Source: Candidatus Woesebacteria bacterium (lineage in GTDB: Bacteria > Patescibacteriota > Microgenomatia > UBA8517). Taken from it: a DNA stretch of 64,000 nucleotides. A program made the position numbers and the translations under genes. Of this stretch, positions 59,940 to 64,000 are shown piece after piece. Each line of letters begins with the position of its first letter. The stretch's first letter is position 1. The stretch spans positions 346,906-410,905 of the forward strand of contig CP066686.1 of assembly GCA_016432365.1 (NCBI GenBank), read 5' to 3'. The notes beneath the pieces are model-generated. The model was not told where the DNA came from. It was given only the letters and a program-made list of their open reading frames with translations, and did not search any database.

Positions 59940-60869
59940 ATGGACGAAACCAAAAGCACTGATTTGAGCATTGTGCCTGTAAAGCCCGATGCCGCATTGG
60001 TGGCCACCCTTACTCACGAATTCGACTTCGTCGGCGCGAGTGGGGCGAATTACGAGGCCTACAGTCTTGGTGGCAAGCCGTTGGTGGAAACACCGACTTT
60101 CAAGTTGGCTATCACCAAACTTCCGTCCGGCCAGTTTGGCTTGACGATGATTGCGTCCGAACCCAAGCACAATTGGCGGATCGAAACACAACAGCATGTT
60201 CTGCATACCTTGCAGGAAATGGCTGCGTTTGAAGACGCTGAGACAAAAGGCGATAAGCCTTTCTTCGGCGCACTTTTCCCCACCATGGTAGATACCATGG
60301 ACACGGGCGAGGACAATCCTCGGGCCGGGCTTGTAATGGGTTTCCATCCGGAAATCGCAAGCTACAAGCAGCTGGTTCCGCTCTCGGTTGTTCTCAAAGG
60401 CGGCAAACGCGTCGATCTTCAGACCAGTGTTTGGATGCTAAGTAAGGCCCTCAAGCTCCTGGACTTTGTCCACGCAATGGGTTTCGCGATCAACTGGATC
60501 GATGAGGATAATTACCTGATCGAGACTGCCCGCCACGGCGTTTTCATCCTGAATTGGATGGAATCGATCGAGGAAGCATCGGTTGATGAGCAGAAGACCG
60601 ACATCAAGGACCTTGCCAATCTCGTTTGGCGCGCTGCTGGCGGCACGGACAAATCGAATCCCCCTCATGACGAAAAGATCATGGACAAGGCCGGATACGA
60701 CAAGTTCGTCGCCTTTTTGAAGCGCTTGATGAGCGAGCCGGATACGGCTGGCAATGAAATGGACGCGCTCCTTGCGCTGGCCGATTCGATCTGGGAACGG
60801 ACTGCTTTCCCCGGCGTTCGCACGCCCGATGGCAAGAAGCGTCCTTTCCATGAATTCGTTACGTACTAG
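59940..60869 (+). CDS. Protein-kinase-like protein, probably catalytically inactive
   Basis: WMLSKALKLLDFVHAMG..NYLI..HGVFILNW resembles kinase subdomains VIa-VII without HRD/DFG; AGGAG RBS. Confidence 0.65.
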   Translation: MDETKSTDLSIVPVKPDAALVATLTHEFDFVGASGANYEAYSLGGKPLVETPTFKLAITKLPSGQFGLTMIASEPKHNWRIETQQHVLHTLQEMAAFEDAETKGDKPFFGALFPTMVDTMDTGEDNPRAGLVMGFHPEIASYKQLVPLSVVLKGGKRVDLQTSVWMLSKALKLLDFVHAMGFAINWIDEDNYLIETARHGVFILNWMESIEEASVDEQKTDIKDLANLVWRAAGGTDKSNPPHDEKIMDKAGYDKFVAFLKRLMSEPDTAGNEMDALLALADSIWERTAFPGVRTPDGKKRPFHEFVTY

Positions 60870-60878
60870 GAGGTCGAA

Positions 60879-62027
60879 ATGAAGACAGAAGACACTGCAA
60901 TGTTCAATACGAAAAAGTATGAATCCACTGTGGAAGCAATGCGCTCCCGCGGCGAAGAGGTTCATGCCAAAGGCCGTGAGATTTATCGCCGGACCAAGCG
61001 TATGGATCCTCTGGTTGATGTCAACGGCAAGCTCCGCTTGTCCCACAACTCGTTCAAAAAAGTTGATGGCAAGCCAGTGCTCGTCAACGGCCCAGCCCTG
61101 CCGATCTGGTCCGGGTTCGATGGAACCGGTTCGATGGGTGAAAATGCCGGCCGCGCACACGCTGCACTCGCGGAAATCAACGCGATGCTCAATGGAATCC
61201 GCGGAACCTACAATCCGCAACTCGCGACATCGGTAATTCAGGATGTGGATGACCCCCACCCTGTCTTCCAGATGTCCCAGTTTGAGCCTGATGAACGGAT
61301 CGCAGAGCAAATTCGTCTGCTGATCCCCGACGGCGCTGGTGGCGATGAGACCGAAGACTACCAGCTTGCGCTGGCCTATCTCATGTTGGCGACCGATTTC
61401 GATATCGCCAACTTCTATGGCCTCAAGGGCTATGGATTCATCGTTGGTGATGAAATCGGGCGCGAAGACGTGACCGTGAAAGATGTCGAAAAACATCTCG
61501 GCCACAAGCTTCAGAGCAAAATGACCACCAAGGCTGTTGCCAAGGAACTGGCCAAGAAGATGCATCTCTTCTACATCCACGTTCAACTTGGGCATAGCCA
61601 TGGCCATTCACCTGCCTGGTGGCAAGACAAATTCGGCGCCGGCCATGTCGTGGTCGCGACTGACGTCAGCCTCTTGGCTGAACTTCAGGCCGGGCTCATC
61701 TACGTGACCGAAACTCTCGAACCGACCGAAGCTGGTCTCTTCGAATTTCTGTCGGCTGGTGGATCGAACAAGCATGCTACCAAGAGCGCAGTTGCCAAGG
61801 TCTGGTCTTGGATCACTGAAGCCGGCGTTCCTTTCGGCGCTCAGGTCAAGCTTGCCGGTTACAAAGACCTTCCCAAACCGGGAGACGTCTTTGAGAACAT
61901 CCGTCATCAGTGGCCCGTCGGTCACAAACGCTTCGCTGAGAATGTGATCGCCCCCGAGGCGACCGTCACCGAAGTGCACGTCAGCTCTCCCAAGAGCGAA
62001 AAACCCGATTGGTCTCGCTTCGGCTAG
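60879..62027 (+). CDS. vWA-domain protein
   Basis: MIDAS-like DGTGSM, GAGGDETEDY, IVGDE; GGAGG RBS. Confidence 0.8.
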   Translation: MKTEDTAMFNTKKYESTVEAMRSRGEEVHAKGREIYRRTKRMDPLVDVNGKLRLSHNSFKKVDGKPVLVNGPALPIWSGFDGTGSMGENAGRAHAALAEINAMLNGIRGTYNPQLATSVIQDVDDPHPVFQMSQFEPDERIAEQIRLLIPDGAGGDETEDYQLALAYLMLATDFDIANFYGLKGYGFIVGDEIGREDVTVKDVEKHLGHKLQSKMTTKAVAKELAKKMHLFYIHVQLGHSHGHSPAWWQDKFGAGHVVVATDVSLLAELQAGLIYVTETLEPTEAGLFEFLSAGGSNKHATKSAVAKVWSWITEAGVPFGAQVKLAGYKDLPKPGDVFENIRHQWPVGHKRFAENVIAPEATVTEVHVSSPKSEKPDWSRFG

Positions 62028-62172
62028 ATCGTCTGAACTGTAACACTCTTTTCGTGTACCCACTCGCATCCTTTGGGGTGGGTACACGATCTTGCATAAG
62101 ATCTTTAATTTTTGAAACGACGTCATTGCGATGTCAATTTATTCGAAAATTAGAAAGATCCATGCAAGAAAC

Positions 62173-62227
62173 TAACCCTCTTCCGATGTGTGTCGGAACC
62201 GATGAGCCCCAAAGGGCGAAAGGGATA
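62173..62227 (+). ncRNA. Type III hammerhead ribozyme-like RNA (U4C core variant)
   Basis: CCC-UC / stem I UUCCGA-UGUGUG-UCGGAA / CCGAUGA / stem II GCCC-CAAA-GGGC / GAAA-GGG. Confidence 0.75.
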
Positions 62228-62232
62228 ATAAA

Positions 62233-63657
62233 ATGGAAAGACAAACTGCCATTGTAACAGGACTAGGCATTGGCGATGAAGCCAAGGGTGCGACAGTTGA
62301 GTGGCTTACACGCCAGCTCAATGCTCATACCAATCTCCGATCCGGCGGACCTCAGGGCGGGGCTCATATATCAAGAATCGACGGACGTGAGCAGATGTTT
62401 TCGCAATTTGGAGCCGGTACTTTTGAGGGAGCAAAAACACATCTTCTGCACATGGTGGTTAGCCCCTGGGATCTTTTCAACGAAGCAGTGGATCTTGAAA
62501 AAAATGGCGTGGAAAAACCACTCGAACGAATAACAATCGATTCAGAAAGTTTAATCCTTACCCCGTATCACAGCGCAATTAGCAGATTTAGGGAAATTAT
62601 GCGTGATGAGAAAAAAGGAACGGTGGGTAAGGGTGTAGGGGAAGCGATTCGCGACTCTAAAAATCCGGAACTTTCAATCCGGGCGTGGGAATTCTTCGAA
62701 CCCAAGGAAACACTTGCGCGTAAAGTTGAAGCGATCAGATCTTCCAAATATTCAGAGGCTCTGGAAATAATTAGACAAAAAAACGGAAAGGAAATGCCCG
62801 GGGCGGCTCAAATGGAACTAAACATTCTTCTTAATAGGAGACTGGTTGGGCAAACTGTAGACATGTTTTCTTATATGGCCGGTTTGGTTAAGATAGTTGA
62901 CCGTTCTTATCTGGACGACATTCTAAATCTTCCCGGATCGATTGTGGCGGAATCGTCACAGGCCGCACTTCTGGACCCCAGAATTGGCTTTGTGCCCCAT
63001 GTTACTCAGGTTGATACTACAGGAAGAAGGGTTATTAATACGCTTAAGGATCATGATTACAGAGGAAAAGTAATTCGGCTTGGGGTAAGCCGCACCTATA
63101 TGATAAGGCACGGTGCCGGTCCTTTTGTAAGTTATAGTCCGGAAATGACAAAAACGCTCCCTGAAGCTCATAATGCAAATCCCGTAGACACTCCATGGTC
63201 GGGTGAATTCAAAAGAGGGCATTACGATGTGGTTGCCATGAAATATGCGATTGATGCAACGGGCGGGAGGCGTGCGTACGACGGATTGGTTATAAATTTC
63301 ATGGATATTTTGAAAGATAGAAAGGAATGGGATGTGTGTGTAGCCTATGATTATGACGGCGATAAACACGATTTAGAAGATTTCTTTGTAGTTGAAAATG
63401 GTCTGATCCGAGGTATAAAAGTTCACCATGATGACGGTAGCTCGGCCCATCTCAATCACCTGGCTCAACTCACAAAACTACTCGCCAAAAGTCATCCCGT
63501 TTTAACTACATTAAAAGCTGAGGACAGCAAATCTCTTTCGGAAGTGTTTATAGATTTCGTTGAATCTAGCCTTGAAGTTCCTGTGGTTGCTACCGCCGAC
63601 GGGCCTTACGTTGAAGATAGGCATATCCGATCGGGACACGAAAATTCATTTGGTTGA
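62233..63657 (+). CDS. Divergent adenylosuccinate synthetase-like protein
   Basis: GDEAKG, GGPQGGAH, GTVGKGVG, ESSQ..LLD, RTYMIRHGAGPF, NFMD, DGP. Confidence 0.85.
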   Translation: MERQTAIVTGLGIGDEAKGATVEWLTRQLNAHTNLRSGGPQGGAHISRIDGREQMFSQFGAGTFEGAKTHLLHMVVSPWDLFNEAVDLEKNGVEKPLERITIDSESLILTPYHSAISRFREIMRDEKKGTVGKGVGEAIRDSKNPELSIRAWEFFEPKETLARKVEAIRSSKYSEALEIIRQKNGKEMPGAAQMELNILLNRRLVGQTVDMFSYMAGLVKIVDRSYLDDILNLPGSIVAESSQAALLDPRIGFVPHVTQVDTTGRRVINTLKDHDYRGKVIRLGVSRTYMIRHGAGPFVSYSPEMTKTLPEAHNANPVDTPWSGEFKRGHYDVVAMKYAIDATGGRRAYDGLVINFMDILKDRKEWDVCVAYDYDGDKHDLEDFFVVENGLIRGIKVHHDDGSSAHLNHLAQLTKLLAKSHPVLTTLKAEDSKSLSEVFIDFVESSLEVPVVATADGPYVEDRHIRSGHENSFG

Positions 63658-63918
63658 TGTCAGGTCGGGCAGGAAAACCTTGCTAAGAAATAAAAGCGAA
63701 GCTATTTGTCTGTATCCAGAATCCCAAAAGTCACTTTTCCAATCGATTAGATTTGAATGTGTAGTTCCTTCCTCTTTTTTCGACGGATATAATTTTCTGT
63801 AACCTTTGTGCATTATCCGGAATTGTAGGACGTCCAATTCGAGCATAAGCAAAAGTTTTGTCCTAACCAAATCTTTTTGATCTCCGAACCTTTCCAAATT
63901 GAGGTATTTTTCCATCAA
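63646..63918 (-). CDS. Hypothetical protein (start uncertain near the window edge)
   Basis: 90-aa ORF convergent with the PurA-like gene. Confidence 0.4.
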   Translation of the reverse strand: MMEKYLNLERFGDQKDLVRTKLLLMLELDVLQFRIMHKGYRKLYPSKKEEGTTHSNLIDWKSDFWDSGYRQIASLLFLSKVFLPDLTSTK

Positions 63919-64000
63919 GTCCTGCCTGAATTTTGTAAGTTCCCTACCAAACCCTATCCAAACTCCACCAAATAGGAAGTGAATTTGTTCGGCCCCTATT

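Noticed and set aside
60438-62126. Long antisense ORFs (389 aa and 172 aa)
   Set aside because: They are shadows of the GC-rich sense genes, with no RBS or motifs.
62233-63657. PurZ (2-aminoadenine DNA pathway)
   Set aside because: It retains the PurA-type Asp (GDEAKG) rather than Ser, and has no adjacent datZ, mazZ, polymerase or phage genes.

Overview
This is a low-GC bacterial chromosome segment using genetic code 11. Gene content (class I LysRS, short archaeal-type AspRS, many leaderless genes, small surface proteins) points to a Patescibacteria/CPR genome, probably Microgenomates; this is an inference. Housekeeping genes include recJ, aspS, gltX, lysS, lon, greA, rarA and mltG, plus cell-wall enzymes, ABC and P-type transporters, tRNA-Gln(CUG) and tRNA-Glu(CUC). 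Five unusual elements stand out. (1) Two NrtR repressors and seven 21-bp GT-N7-AC operators, linking de novo NAD synthesis (nadC-nadA-nadB), two unknown proteins and a pseudokinase-vWA-divergent PurA operon. (2) That operon carries a boxA-like leader, a 12-bp inverted repeat enclosing its first two genes, and a type III hammerhead-ribozyme-like RNA that sequesters the Shine-Dalgarno of the PurA-like gene. (3) Conserved elements flank both tRNA genes: a covarying structured 5' leader and a 3' element with duplicated tRNA ends. (4) A minimal Asp T-box and two leader-peptide attenuators. (5) Small repeats inserted in frame in proteins. No CRISPR array, rRNA, integrase or transposase was seen. All family assignments come from motif recognition by eye, not database searches.
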